Positions 17,041 through 26,920 are shown, counted from the stretch's first letter. The stretch is DNA of 64,000 nucleotides from Dehalococcoidia bacterium (GCA_034428455.1 DAOUHZ010000147.1:75576-139575), one strand, 5' to 3'. Numbers and translations are program-made. The notes: generated by a model not told the origin, from the sequence alone.

Positions 17041-18350
17041 GACGGAAGGAACCGCGCAAACACGTCTCGACCGGCGAAGCGGGCCCGGTCTCCCAGCTCT
17101 TCCTCGATTCTCAGCAGCCGGTTGTACTTGGCCAGCCTTTCGGAGCGGGTGATCGAACCGATTTTGATCTGGCCGGCTCCGGTGGCAACCGCCAAGTCCG
17201 CAATGGTCGTGTCCTCAGTCTCGCCGGAGCGCGCCGAGATCACCGGCAGATATCCCCGCTCCTGGGCCAACCGCACGGTGTCCAGCGTTTCGGTCAACGT
17301 CCCGATCTGGTTGGGCTTCACCAGCACCGCATTGGCGATGCCATTATCCGCGCCGCGCGACAGGCGTTCCGGGTTGGTCGTGAACAGGTCGTCGCCGATC
17401 AACTGGGTCGAACCACCCAGCTTTTCGGTCAGGTAGTCCCAGCCGTCCCAATCGTCTTCGGCCAGCCCGTCTTCAATCGATATGATCGGGTAGGTCCTAC
17501 CCCAATGCACAAAAAGATCCACTAACTCCAGGGCAGAGAATGTGCGACCCTCGGCGTGCAGTGCGTAGTTCCCATCACCGGCAACGAACTCGGTCGCCGC
17601 CACGTCCAACCCAATTGCGATATCGCCGTCCCGCGCACACCGGTATCCCGCCAACCGGGTAGCGTCGTAGAGCAGGCCCAACGCGTCCTCGTGGCAGGGC
17701 AACAGCGGCCCATAACCGCCTTCATCCGCAACGCCATATGCGTAGGAACCGGTCTGCGACAATACCCGACCCACGGCCCGGTATACGGCAACCACCATCC
17801 GCAGTGCCTCGGCGAAGCTCTCGGCGCCGACGGGGATGACTAGGAAGTCCTGCATGTCCAGGCCAGCGGCCGCGTGCCGACCGCCACTGATTATGTTAAC
17901 CATGGGCATCGGGACCAAGCACGCGTCCGCTCCGCCCAAGTATCGGTAAAGCGGCTGTCCAGCTGCGTTAGCGGCGGCATGGGCAGCAGCCAGGGACAGT
18001 CCCAGGATGGCGTTGGCCCCCAGGTTGGCCTTGTTGCCGGTTCCATCCAGATCCCGCAGGCGGGCGTCCAACCCCGGCTGATCGGCCGCGTTGCATTCCC
18101 CGCATACGGCGGGGCCAATCACGTCGTTCACCGCTGAAACCGCGCGCAGGACGCCAAGCCCTTCGTAGCGAGTGGGGTCGCCGTCCCGCAGCTCCACCGC
18201 TTCGTGCCGTCCAGTGGAAGCTCCCGACGGAACGATGGCGCGACCGAAAGCGCCGCCGCGGAGCGTTACGTCAACTTCAACTGTGGGGTTACCGCGAGAG
18301 TCCAGAACCTCGCGCCCGCGCACTGATTGAATGATCGTGGAATCCGCCAT
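17037..18350 (-). CDS. eno: enolase (phosphopyruvate hydratase), with atypical active-site positions
   Basis: REVLDSRGNPTVEVDV, SGASTG, DEGG, SIEDGL, IGDDLF, LVKPNQIGTLTET, RSGETEDTTIADLAVA and QIKIGS are all enolase signatures. It reads QDF instead of QEF and SARSGETED instead of SHRSGETED. Confidence 0.85.
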   Translation of the reverse strand: MADSTIIQSVRGREVLDSRGNPTVEVDVTLRGGAFGRAIVPSGASTGRHEAVELRDGDPTRYEGLGVLRAVSAVNDVIGPAVCGECNAADQPGLDARLRDLDGTGNKANLGANAILGLSLAAAHAAANAAGQPLYRYLGGADACLVPMPMVNIISGGRHAAAGLDMQDFLVIPVGAESFAEALRMVVAVYRAVGRVLSQTGSYAYGVADEGGYGPLLPCHEDALGLLYDATRLAGYRCARDGDIAIGLDVAATEFVAGDGNYALHAEGRTFSALELVDLFVHWGRTYPIISIEDGLAEDDWDGWDYLTEKLGGSTQLIGDDLFTTNPERLSRGADNGIANAVLVKPNQIGTLTETLDTVRLAQERGYLPVISARSGETEDTTIADLAVATGAGQIKIGSITRSERLAKYNRLLRIEEELGDRARFAGRDVFARFLPS

Positions 18351-18446
18351 GTGAAAACCAATCTCGCCGGTCTGAAATGCAAACGAGGCAACCGCGCTTT
18401 ACAATGCCGCGATTGCCTCATTTCTGCTACTGCTGATCGACCTGAT

Positions 18447-19154
18447 TCAGCCGTGACCTTCCGACACAATGTCGTTGAACGTGACCCGCAGCATGGGGGC
18501 GTCGGTCTCGTTCTTCCACTGATGATGCTCACCCGGCGGCACCCGCACCGCGTCTCCGGCGGTCACGGTGTACTCCGTGCCGGATACCACCAGCGTGCCC
18601 GTGCCTTCTAGGATAAACACAGTGTGGTCCCATTCGTGGTTGTGCCCGCCCGTTTCGGGATGGCTCACCGCGCCGGGCTGCATGGCGCCGTTGTACAGCA
18701 TCAGGTAGTTGGGGCAGCCGTCCCGTCCACCGAGCATGGTGTGTCCGGTTTCCGCGTTCAGATCGGCGTGGTTGCGGATCACCGGAGGCGTTCCGGCGCC
18801 CGGCTCTGACCCGCCAGGACGAGCGTTGCCGCTGGCCGCGGAGAGCGGGTTGATCTCGATCCGGCGGATGTTGCCGTCGCCGCCATCATTGCGGGTGACG
18901 TGGTCCACCATGGGCGGAATGAACATGGCGTCGCCGGCTTTCACCGGGTATTCCTTGCCGTCGGCCACCAGCGTGCCGCTGCCTTCAATGATGTAGACCT
19001 CATGCTCCCACTCGTGGATGTGATGGGAACTGGTTCCCCCGGGTTCGATGACCGAATAGGCCAGGGTGACCAGGGCCGGATTGTCGTCGGCGCTGATGAG
19101 ACGCGCCGGCGTTCCGGCGGGGAAGTCTTTGATGTTGCGAATCAGGGGTTCCAT
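18447..19154 (-). CDS. bicupin (two cupin_2 domains) protein
   Basis: Two copies of the cupin metal motif are present: HHIHEWEHEVYIIEGSG and GHNHEWDHTVFILEGTG. Confidence 0.7.
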   Translation of the reverse strand: MEPLIRNIKDFPAGTPARLISADDNPALVTLAYSVIEPGGTSSHHIHEWEHEVYIIEGSGTLVADGKEYPVKAGDAMFIPPMVDHVTRNDGGDGNIRRIEINPLSAASGNARPGGSEPGAGTPPVIRNHADLNAETGHTMLGGRDGCPNYLMLYNGAMQPGAVSHPETGGHNHEWDHTVFILEGTGTLVVSGTEYTVTAGDAVRVPPGEHHQWKNETDAPMLRVTFNDIVSEGHG

Positions 19155-19223
19155 AGTCGGTTCTCCTTGGGACGGGCGTGGTTTGATGCTATCGGGCGCC
19201 GTGACTGCGCCGTCCGACGGCGG

Positions 19224-19769
19224 CTAGGTGATCTCCGGTTGCACACCCTCGGGAAGCTCGACCTCGAAGGCGGAAAGGATCTGCCCTACCAGGAGGTAGT
19301 GCCCCATGAGCGCCGTGATCTCCACCGTCTTCTGCATCCCGAAATGACCGGACACCTCGCCGAAGGTCTCGTCGCTCACCTTGTGGTTGCGGAACAACTC
19401 CTGCACGTACTTCACGAGCGATGCCTCGATGCCGCTCATGCCCTCTGGAGCCTTGCCGGTGGCGATGGCGTTGACCACGTCCTCCGGCACTCCGGCTTGG
19501 CGCGCCAGGCGGGCATGGGCGGAAAATTCGTACTGCTGACGGATCTCCCGGGCCGTGGCGCAGATGACGATTTCTTTTTGGGCCTCGGATATGTCCAGGT
19601 CGAACCGCACGTAGGCGCCGGTGTGGGCTACGCGCGCCGCAAGGTCCGGGCTGTTGAGTAGCACGCCGTATGGACCGCGAACACTGCCGCGGCTGCTGGC
19701 GATGGAGTCGAAAAATTCCTGGTGCTCAGGGGCAAGTTGATCACGGGTTACGTCACTCAAACGGGCCAT
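19224..19769 (-). CDS. carboxymuconolactone decarboxylase (AhpD-like) family protein
   Basis: 181-aa all-helical ORF. Its repeated ..LNSPDLAARVAH.. and ..REIRQQYEFSAHARLA.. segments resemble the CMD/AhpD-like family. Confidence 0.6.
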   Translation of the reverse strand: MARLSDVTRDQLAPEHQEFFDSIASSRGSVRGPYGVLLNSPDLAARVAHTGAYVRFDLDISEAQKEIVICATAREIRQQYEFSAHARLARQAGVPEDVVNAIATGKAPEGMSGIEASLVKYVQELFRNHKVSDETFGEVSGHFGMQKTVEITALMGHYLLVGQILSAFEVELPEGVQPEIT

Positions 19770-19868
19770 TGGGGAATGCTCCTTGCGCTTGGTGTGTGTA
19801 ATCTGGCATGGGCAATATACCGCCGCGCGCTGCCCGCGTTCAAGGGAAGCGTCCGAACGGCGTCACGG

Positions 19869-20729
19869 TCAGTCAGGAAACTCCAGGTCCAGTGAGATGT
19901 CCAGGGCGTCGGTGGAGTGGGTCAGTCCGCCTATGCTGATGAGGTCCACTCCGGTTTCGGCCACCTCACGCACCGTTGCCAAAGTGATGCCGCCTGAAGC
20001 CTCTATGGATGCCCGGCCGGCGATGATGCCCACGGCCTCACGCATCAGGTCCACCGGCATGTTGTCCAGCATGATAATGTGCGCGCCGGCTTCCACCGCC
20101 TCCCGGACCTGCTCCAGGGACTCCACCTCCACCTCCACGCGGATGGTATGCGACGCCTGAGCTATGGCGTGGCGCACCACGGCCCCCAACGGTTCTTCCA
20201 GGGACGCCCGCGCGGCCAGGTGGTTGTCCTTGATCAGTATGCCGTCTGCCAGGTTGATGCGATGGTTGTACCCACCGCCCATACGCACGCTGTATTTGTC
20301 CAGGTACCGATGACCCGGGGCGGTCTTGCGGGTGTCGACGATTCGCGCCGCCGTTCCCTCCACCGCGCGGACGTACCGGTTGGTTGCGGTGGCAATCCCG
20401 CTCATCCGCTGCATGAAGTTCAGGGCCGTGCGCTCTGCCCGCAGAATCGCGGCGGCGGATCCCACCACGCTGGCAATATTCATACCGGGTTCGAGACCGG
20501 CCCCGTCGTCCAGCAGCAATGCTACCTCGAGATCCGGGTCGATCCGCCGGAACACGGTCTCCGCAACTAACCCTCCGGCCAGAACGCCGTCGGCTTTGGC
20601 CCGCAACATGCCATTTCCCATCACGCCATCGGGAATCAGCGTTTGGGTGGTCGGATCGTTGAACGCCTGGTCTTCAGTCAGTGCGGCGTCTATTAGATTA
20701 AGGACTTCGGGCGGGAGTTGCTGACTCAT
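19869..20729 (-). CDS. nadC: nicotinate-nucleotide pyrophosphorylase (carboxylating)
   Basis: ALTEDQ..DPTT at the N-terminus, RKTAPGHRYLDKY.V..GGG.NHR and ASGGITL match NadC. ATG 20729 is preceded by GAGG. The track ORF starts at 20774. Confidence 0.85.
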   Translation of the reverse strand: MSQQLPPEVLNLIDAALTEDQAFNDPTTQTLIPDGVMGNGMLRAKADGVLAGGLVAETVFRRIDPDLEVALLLDDGAGLEPGMNIASVVGSAAAILRAERTALNFMQRMSGIATATNRYVRAVEGTAARIVDTRKTAPGHRYLDKYSVRMGGGYNHRINLADGILIKDNHLAARASLEEPLGAVVRHAIAQASHTIRVEVEVESLEQVREAVEAGAHIIMLDNMPVDLMREAVGIIAGRASIEASGGITLATVREVAETGVDLISIGGLTHSTDALDISLDLEFPD

Positions 20730-20848
20730 AAGCGCCTCGTGTTTTTTGGTCGCTGGATGCGAAGAGTTTGCCACGTCTGGTGCCTGCCGGCAAATCCATG
20801 ACTCACCTGTTTGTGCATACTCGCAAACATAGCGCAGAGAACCCGCTG

Positions 20849-20857
20849 TGCTATACT
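20849..20857 (+). promoter_or_regulatory. extended -10 element (TGcTATACT) upstream of yloV
   Basis: TG-c-TATACT lies about 35 nt before ATG 20893. A similar TGTGCATACTCGC copy lies about 36 nt upstream. The same CTATACTCGC string forms the -10 of the promoter at 292-297. Confidence 0.3.
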
Positions 20858-20892
20858 CGCGACGACTTTACTATGTGAATACTGCGGGCGTT

Positions 20893-22569
20893 ATGACATC
20901 GCTTTCCACAACTTTGCGGGGCACCGATTTGCGCCAGGCCATGCTCGGCGCGGTCACGTACATGGAACTTTACCGGGATGCGGCAAATGCACTCAACGTG
21001 TTTCCGGTGCCCGACGGCGACACCGGCACGAACATGCTGCTCACGCTGCGTGCCGGCATCGACCGGATGAACCAGGACGCTCATGCAGAAACCGCGGGCG
21101 ACGTTGCCGAATCCATCGCCACCGGCGCTTTCTGGGGAGCCCGTGGCAACAGCGGCGTCATCCTGTCCCAACTGCTGCGCGGCTTTGCCGATGGGGTCGC
21201 CGGCGCGGTGGAAATCGACTCATCCGACGCCGTGGCCGCGTTTCGTTCGGCAACCGACTCCGCCTATGGGGCCGTCAGCCAACCCCGCGAGGGCACGATG
21301 CTGTCGGTGATTCGAGGGGCTTCAGACGCTGCCGTGCGAGCCAACGACGCCGGCGAGCGCGACGTGGTCGCACTGTGGCAGGTGGCTTACGCCGGAGCCG
21401 TCGAAGCCCTGGCCCTGACTCCAGAACAGCTCCCGGTGCTCAAGGAAGCGGGGGTGGTGGATTCGGGCGGCCTGGGCGTAGTCGCTATTATCGGCGGCGC
21501 CTTGCAGCACCTGATCGGCGAGACCGGACCGCCTATCGACCTTGGCCTCCGCAGCGTCGGGGGAGTCATCAACCCGCAGCAGACCGCTTCAGTGGCTATT
21601 GATTCGGACTTCCTGGAAGCGCACGAGGCGGAGGAATTTGGGTACTGCACACAGTTTGTCATCCACGGCCAGGAATTGGATGCTGACGCGCTGCGAATGG
21701 GTTTCTCCGGCATCTGTGATTCCACGGTGGTCATCGGCGGCGGCCAGGCGGTTCGCGTCCATGTCCACACAACCGACCCCGGTTCGGCCCTGAGCTACGG
21801 GATCGGTTTCGGGGAACTGGATGAGCTCAAAATCGACAACATGAGCCTCCAGAATCGCGACTGGACGGCCGGTCACCGGGAACGCGCGCGGCCTGCCGAA
21901 ATCCGGCCGGGCATTTCGGTGATCGCTGTGGCGTCGGGGAAGGGTCTGGCGGACCTGTTTCAGGACGCCGGCTGCGCCGCTATCATCCCCGGCGGGCAAA
22001 CCCTCAACCCCAGCGCCAGCGAGATCATTGACGCCGCGATGTCCGCCGGAACCACTGACGTTATCGTGCTTCCCAACAATCACAACGTCATTCTCACCGC
22101 CAACCAGGCCGCGGAAGCCGACACCGGCGAAATCTCGTTGCACGTGTTAGCCACTCGCACCATGCCCCAGGGTACGGGGGCATTGCTAGGGTTCAATCCC
22201 GAACTCCCAGTGGACGACAACCTGGGCAACATGGAGGCGGCGCGTATTGCCGTGGAAACCCTGGAGGTGACCCAGGCGGTACGCGACTCGGTGGTCGACG
22301 GCCGCGACGTGCGCGAGGGCGAATATATGGCAATCCTGGACGGTAAACTGGCCGCCTTGGCGGACACCGCCGATGATGCCGCGCGCGCGGGATTGCAACA
22401 CTCCGCTGCTGACGAAAATAGCGTGATAACCCTCTATTGGGGGGAGGGCGCTTCGGCCGAATCAGCCGCCGCCCTGCAAAACGAATTGGAAGAGTCCTAC
22501 GATGGGGCGGAGGTGGACGTATACGAGGGTGGCCAGCCCCATTATCCGTATCTTGTGTCCGTCGAATAA
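20893..22569 (+). CDS. yloV: DAK2 domain fusion protein YloV
   Basis: N-terminal DAK2 pattern (LNVFPVPDGDTGTNM..RGNSGVILSQ) plus the C-terminal DhaL-associated domain. It is followed by degV and recG, as in the conserved yloV-degV-recG arrangement. Confidence 0.85.
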   Translation: MTSLSTTLRGTDLRQAMLGAVTYMELYRDAANALNVFPVPDGDTGTNMLLTLRAGIDRMNQDAHAETAGDVAESIATGAFWGARGNSGVILSQLLRGFADGVAGAVEIDSSDAVAAFRSATDSAYGAVSQPREGTMLSVIRGASDAAVRANDAGERDVVALWQVAYAGAVEALALTPEQLPVLKEAGVVDSGGLGVVAIIGGALQHLIGETGPPIDLGLRSVGGVINPQQTASVAIDSDFLEAHEAEEFGYCTQFVIHGQELDADALRMGFSGICDSTVVIGGGQAVRVHVHTTDPGSALSYGIGFGELDELKIDNMSLQNRDWTAGHRERARPAEIRPGISVIAVASGKGLADLFQDAGCAAIIPGGQTLNPSASEIIDAAMSAGTTDVIVLPNNHNVILTANQAAEADTGEISLHVLATRTMPQGTGALLGFNPELPVDDNLGNMEAARIAVETLEVTQAVRDSVVDGRDVREGEYMAILDGKLAALADTADDAARAGLQHSAADENSVITLYWGEGASAESAAALQNELEESYDGAEVDVYEGGQPHYPYLVSVE

Positions 22570-22606
22570 CTCAGCCCAGGCGCGAGCCGGCCAAGGAGCG
22601 TCCCGC

Positions 22607-23440
22607 ATGGCCATAAAGATCATCACCGACAGTACCTGCGATATTGCCCGGGAAACCGTCGAACAGTTCGGAATCTCCATCGTCCCCGCCTATGTCCTGT
22701 TCGGAGAGGAGTCATTTCGCCAAGGGATCGACATCAATCCCACACAGTTCTACGCTCGCCTCCAGTCCTCGCCTCAACTGCCCGGCACGTCACAACCCAC
22801 GCCCGGCGACTTCACCAGCGCGATGGAACCGCTCGTCTCTGCGGGCGACCAGGTGGTTTGCATCACCGTGGCCAGACAACTCAGCGGCACCTACAACTCC
22901 GCGGCACAGGCTGCGTCCCAATTCGACGACGGCGCAGTGACCGTCATCGACTCCACCACTGCTTCCGTCGGGCACATGCTCCAGGTCATCTCCGCGGCCG
23001 AGGACGCCGCCGCGCCGGATGCGACGTTGGATTCGGTTGTTTCCGCCGCGCAAGCCCGCGCGGGTCGAAGCTACGGGTTTGCCATGGTGGACACGCTGGA
23101 ATATCTGCAAAAGGGCGGCCGGATCGGCAAAGCCCAGGCGTTCATGGGTTCGCTGCTCAAGGTGAAGCCCATCCTCAAGGTGGCCAACGGTGAGGTTCTC
23201 CCAGTCGACCGTCCCCGCAACCTTCGGCGCGGGTTGCAACGCCTGGAGGAGTTGGTGCGCGAACAAGGCCCGGCCTCCAAGCTCGCCGTCGCATATACCA
23301 CGGACGCCGGCCCGGCCGAAGAAATACGCAACCGCCTGTCCGACCTGGTAAATCCCGAAAACACCTACACCCTACAGGTCGGTTCCGCCATCGGAACCCA
23401 CATCGGGCCGGGCGCGGTTGCGGTGTCTACCCTCCCTTGA
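22607..23440 (+). CDS. degV: DegV family fatty-acid-binding protein
   Basis: MAIKIITDSTCD..TSQPTPGDF..SGTYNSA are DegV hallmarks. RBS AAGGAG lies 9 nt upstream of ATG 22607. Confidence 0.85.
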   Translation: MAIKIITDSTCDIARETVEQFGISIVPAYVLFGEESFRQGIDINPTQFYARLQSSPQLPGTSQPTPGDFTSAMEPLVSAGDQVVCITVARQLSGTYNSAAQAASQFDDGAVTVIDSTTASVGHMLQVISAAEDAAAPDATLDSVVSAAQARAGRSYGFAMVDTLEYLQKGGRIGKAQAFMGSLLKVKPILKVANGEVLPVDRPRNLRRGLQRLEELVREQGPASKLAVAYTTDAGPAEEIRNRLSDLVNPENTYTLQVGSAIGTHIGPGAVAVSTLP

Positions 23441-23490
23441 CGGCCGCCGGCCGCTCCGAACACGAACGAGCTCGGCATGGAGTCGAGTGA

Positions 23491-26055
23491 ATGGACACGC
23501 ATCGCGGCGAAACCGTTCCCGTTTGGCGCGACGCATTCGCAAAAATCCTTGCCCTCGAGGAGCACAAGGGTTTCGGCGACAACGCCGTAAGCGGCGGCAT
23601 CCGCCGTTTCATCGAGCGCTGGGAACCTGAGCTCCGCGCGTTCCTCGATGATGACCCGAATCGCGTTGCGACGCTGATATCGGCGCCGTACCGGGAATTT
23701 CCGCAGGAACGGCGCCGCCAATGGGTTTCGGCCTGGCGCAGAGCCCTCGCCGGTGAGACCGAGACTCCCAGCCGGGAGCCGGACGGTCCGCCGCGGGCTA
23801 ACTCAGGGGAACCGGCGGAGATCGACCCTGCGCCGGCAACCCCTCTCTTCGACGGTGGCGATGCCTTCCGGCATGTGCCCGTGCGCCGGCGGTCACACGC
23901 CGGTCCCAAGCTTACCACCCCGTCGGGCGACCCGGAGGAATCGGTCTCGGCAATCCGGCGCATGGATGCCCGAACCGTGCAACGGCTGGAGACCCTGGGC
24001 GCCGGCACGGTTCGGGAACTGCTCTACATGTTGCCGCGCCGGTACGACGACCGAGCCGACGTCACCAGCATCGCCGACATTTACGCCGGTGGAACCTTCA
24101 CCCTGGAGGGCAAGCTGCTCGACATACGTTCCGCCAACATTGGCCAGCGCAAGTTGCAGTTGGTAGAGGGAACGTTGCGAGACAACACCGGCAGCATCGA
24201 CCTCCAGTGGTTCGGACAAGGATTTCTTGCGCGCAGCCTTCGAGCCGGCAGCAACATGGTGGTGCACGGCAAAGCGGAACTCAACCGTGGCCGTCTGACC
24301 GTTCAATCCCCTGAATATGACGTCGTCACTGAATCCGCTCCACCCCTCAACGCTGGACGCGTCACCCCGGTATATCGTCTCACCCAGGGCATGACCGCAC
24401 GGAATCTGCGGAGCCTCACCTGGAGCGCGCTGGAGCGGTTCCTGGGCGGCGTTGAAGAAACCATGCCCGAGGACACCCTGGCGCGAACTCAGATGGTCGG
24501 GCTCCGGCAGGCCATTTGCGAAGCTCACTACCCGCCGGACTTGCTCCAAGCCGACAGGGCGCGCCGCCGCCTGGCCTTCGACGAAATCCTGGCCTTCCAA
24601 ATGTCGATCCTGGGCCGCCGACGCCATCGCGAGCGCGACGCCACCGGGATCCCGGTGCAGTACAGTGGCCCGGCGGTGGACGGGTTCCTGTCCGAACTGC
24701 CCTTCACTCCCACCAAGGCGCAGGTGCGCTGCATCGGCGAAATCCTCGCCGACATGGCCCGCGGCACGCCGCCCATGAGCCGCTTGTTGCAGGGCGAAGT
24801 CGGCAGCGGAAAGACACTGGTCGCGTTGACTGCCATTCTGGCGGCCGCGTCCGACCATCGCCAGTCGTCCCTGATGGCGCCCACTGAGGTGTTGTCCGAA
24901 CAGCACTTCGCCACGGTCGGGCGTCTCCTCTCGAGTTTCGAGCACCCGTTGCAACAGCCCAACGTCTTCTCCGCGTACCTGCCGAGCCTGCGTCGTCCTT
25001 TCACCGTGGGACTGCTGACAGGCAGCACCCGCGCCGCGCCGCGGCGGGAGGTGCTGCGCCTGGCGTCCGAAGGCCACCTGGACCTGCTGATTGGCACTCA
25101 CGCTCTGATTCAGGACGGAGTAGAACTGCCCAAACTGGCCTTGGCCATCACCGACGAGCAGCACCGTTTCGGTGTGGCTCAACGCACTGCGCTCCGGGGC
25201 GCCGGCCCGGAGCAGCCCCACGCCCTGATGATGTCCGCCACGCCGATACCCCGCACGCTGCAACTGACCCTGTACGGCGACCTTGACGTGTCAACCATCG
25301 ATGAGCTCCCACCCGGCCGCCAGGACATCCTCACCCGGCTGGTGCCTGAAGACAAGCGCGCCGCCGCCTACGGTTTCGTCCGTCAGCAGGTCGAGGCCGG
25401 CCGCCAGGCGTTCATCATTTGCCCGCTGGTGGAGGAGTCAGAAAACCTGGACGTGCGCGCCGCAACCGAGGAGCACAAACGCCTGTCCAACGAGGTGTTC
25501 CCGGATCTCCGCCTGGGACTGCTCCATGGGCGGCTGTCGTCCCGGGAGAAAGATAAGGTGATGCGCCAGTTCCGAGACGGCGAGCTGGACATCCTGGTAG
25601 CTACTGCCGTGGTCGAAGTGGGTATCGACGTGCCCAACGCGACGGTGATGATGATCGACGGCGCAGACCGCTTCGGTCTGGCCCAACTCCACCAGTTCCG
25701 CGGCCGGGTAGGCCGGGGCGAACATCGCAGCTACTGCCTGCTCATGTCGGAATCGGAGTCGGAGCGGGCGCGAGAACGGCTGTCAGCCCTGGAAAACAAC
25801 CGGGACGGGTTCAAGCTGGCCGAAATCGACTTGCAGATGCGCCACGAAGGCGACATCTTCGGCACCAGCCAGAGCGGCGACCAGACCATGCTCCGCATTG
25901 CCAACGTGTTCGATCAAGACCTGATGGCGCTGGCCCGCCAGGAAGCCGCAGTCATCCTGGACGCCGACCCGGAGTTAACTGATCCCAAGCACGCCGGCAT
26001 CGCCGCCGAAAGGGACCGGTTCCTGGCCCGGGTTCAGGACAACATCAGCGACTGA
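23491..26055 (+). CDS. recG: ATP-dependent DNA helicase RecG (with an N-terminal extension of about 150 aa)
   Basis: Walker A GEVGSGKT, DEQHRFGV, MSATPIPRTL, and the QLHQFRGRVGRG motif VI. The wedge-domain segment TFTLEGKLLD is also present. Confidence 0.9.
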   Translation: MDTHRGETVPVWRDAFAKILALEEHKGFGDNAVSGGIRRFIERWEPELRAFLDDDPNRVATLISAPYREFPQERRRQWVSAWRRALAGETETPSREPDGPPRANSGEPAEIDPAPATPLFDGGDAFRHVPVRRRSHAGPKLTTPSGDPEESVSAIRRMDARTVQRLETLGAGTVRELLYMLPRRYDDRADVTSIADIYAGGTFTLEGKLLDIRSANIGQRKLQLVEGTLRDNTGSIDLQWFGQGFLARSLRAGSNMVVHGKAELNRGRLTVQSPEYDVVTESAPPLNAGRVTPVYRLTQGMTARNLRSLTWSALERFLGGVEETMPEDTLARTQMVGLRQAICEAHYPPDLLQADRARRRLAFDEILAFQMSILGRRRHRERDATGIPVQYSGPAVDGFLSELPFTPTKAQVRCIGEILADMARGTPPMSRLLQGEVGSGKTLVALTAILAAASDHRQSSLMAPTEVLSEQHFATVGRLLSSFEHPLQQPNVFSAYLPSLRRPFTVGLLTGSTRAAPRREVLRLASEGHLDLLIGTHALIQDGVELPKLALAITDEQHRFGVAQRTALRGAGPEQPHALMMSATPIPRTLQLTLYGDLDVSTIDELPPGRQDILTRLVPEDKRAAAYGFVRQQVEAGRQAFIICPLVEESENLDVRAATEEHKRLSNEVFPDLRLGLLHGRLSSREKDKVMRQFRDGELDILVATAVVEVGIDVPNATVMMIDGADRFGLAQLHQFRGRVGRGEHRSYCLLMSESESERARERLSALENNRDGFKLAEIDLQMRHEGDIFGTSQSGDQTMLRIANVFDQDLMALARQEAAVILDADPELTDPKHAGIAAERDRFLARVQDNISD

Positions 26056-26100
26056 TCCGATGAGCGGATCGCCGGCAAGACGCTGCGGACTGCGGCGTCG

Positions 26101-26814
26101 TCAATCGGACGCAACATCCCGGAAACGATACCCGACGTTCCAGATAGTCTCCACGAACAGGTGGTCCGGATCCTCCAACTTGGACCGCAGCCGCCGGATG
26201 TGCACGTCCACCGTGCGCGTTCCGCCCAGGTAGTCGTACCCCCAAACCTGGTTCAGCAGCGCCTCTCGCGTGTAGACCCGACCCGGATTGGACGCCAGCA
26301 GGGTTAGCAGTTGGAACTCTTTGTAGGTCAGCGATATGCGCCGGCCGGCCATCGTTACCTCGTAGCTTTGCAGGTCGATGGTCAGTTCCCCTACCCGGAT
26401 CTGTTGCTCGCCCCCTTGCCCGTCACGCCGGTAAACGATCTGGCCGACGCGGGCTACCAGTTCGGCGGGAGCCAGGGGAGCCACAATAAAATCGTCAGGA
26501 TTGATCGCCGGGTCGTACTGGCTGATGGCCGTCTCATCCATCACCAACAGTGTCGGCAGAGACAGCTGACTCACTCGCTCGATTACCGACTGCGCGCCGA
26601 TGCCGACCGCTGACATATCCAGCAGCACCACGTCCAGCTTGTCGGTGTGCGCCACATCTTCGAGTTCCAAGACGTCGCTGCCCGCCCGGCACGACAATCC
26701 GGCGCGGTCGATCTGGCCCGCGAGAGATGTCATCGCATCGCCGGGGCGAGTGAGCAAAAACACGCTGTACAAACCGGCTTCCTGACTGCTGGAGTGATCC
26801 GCCGGTGACCCCAA
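26101..26814 (-). CDS. OmpR/PhoB-family winged-helix regulator with a degenerate receiver domain
   Basis: The C-terminal LTYKEFQLLTLLASNPGRVYTREALLNQVWGYDY..RTVDVHIRRLRSKL..VGYRF is canonical OmpR-type. The N-terminal domain keeps DVVLLDMS but lacks the DD pocket and the conserved Lys (DDFIVAPL). Confidence 0.75.
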   Translation of the reverse strand: MGSPADHSSSQEAGLYSVFLLTRPGDAMTSLAGQIDRAGLSCRAGSDVLELEDVAHTDKLDVVLLDMSAVGIGAQSVIERVSQLSLPTLLVMDETAISQYDPAINPDDFIVAPLAPAELVARVGQIVYRRDGQGGEQQIRVGELTIDLQSYEVTMAGRRISLTYKEFQLLTLLASNPGRVYTREALLNQVWGYDYLGGTRTVDVHIRRLRSKLEDPDHLFVETIWNVGYRFRDVASD

Positions 26815-26821
26815 GGCGAAA

Positions 26822-26850
26822 TTGACGCTGGCCGGTCACCTGTCTATCAT
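26822..26850 (+). promoter_or_regulatory. sigma70-type promoter for the DUF1445/DUF4392 gene pair
   Basis: TTGACG (26822-26827), a 17-nt spacer, then TATCAT (26845-26850), about 70 nt upstream of ATG 26921. Confidence 0.45.
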
Positions 26851-26920
26851 TGCAATGAACGGCGCAATTCTAGCATAAGAAAGGGTCGACTAAACCCGCC
26901 GCCCCCACTGGAGACCAACC

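Noticed and set aside
20811-21602. 263-aa Arg-rich plus-strand ORF overlapping the yloV frame
   Set aside because: It is an alternative frame of the DAK2 gene. The extreme Arg/Gly/Pro composition is typical of an out-of-frame reading of GC-rich coding DNA.
22189-22200. GGGTTCAATCCC, a tRNA T-arm-like string
   Set aside because: It lies inside the yloV coding frame. No acceptor or anticodon stems can be drawn around it. No tRNA is called anywhere in the window.
23893-25263. 456-aa minus-strand ORF
   Set aside because: It is an antisense shadow of recG with no recognisable domain.
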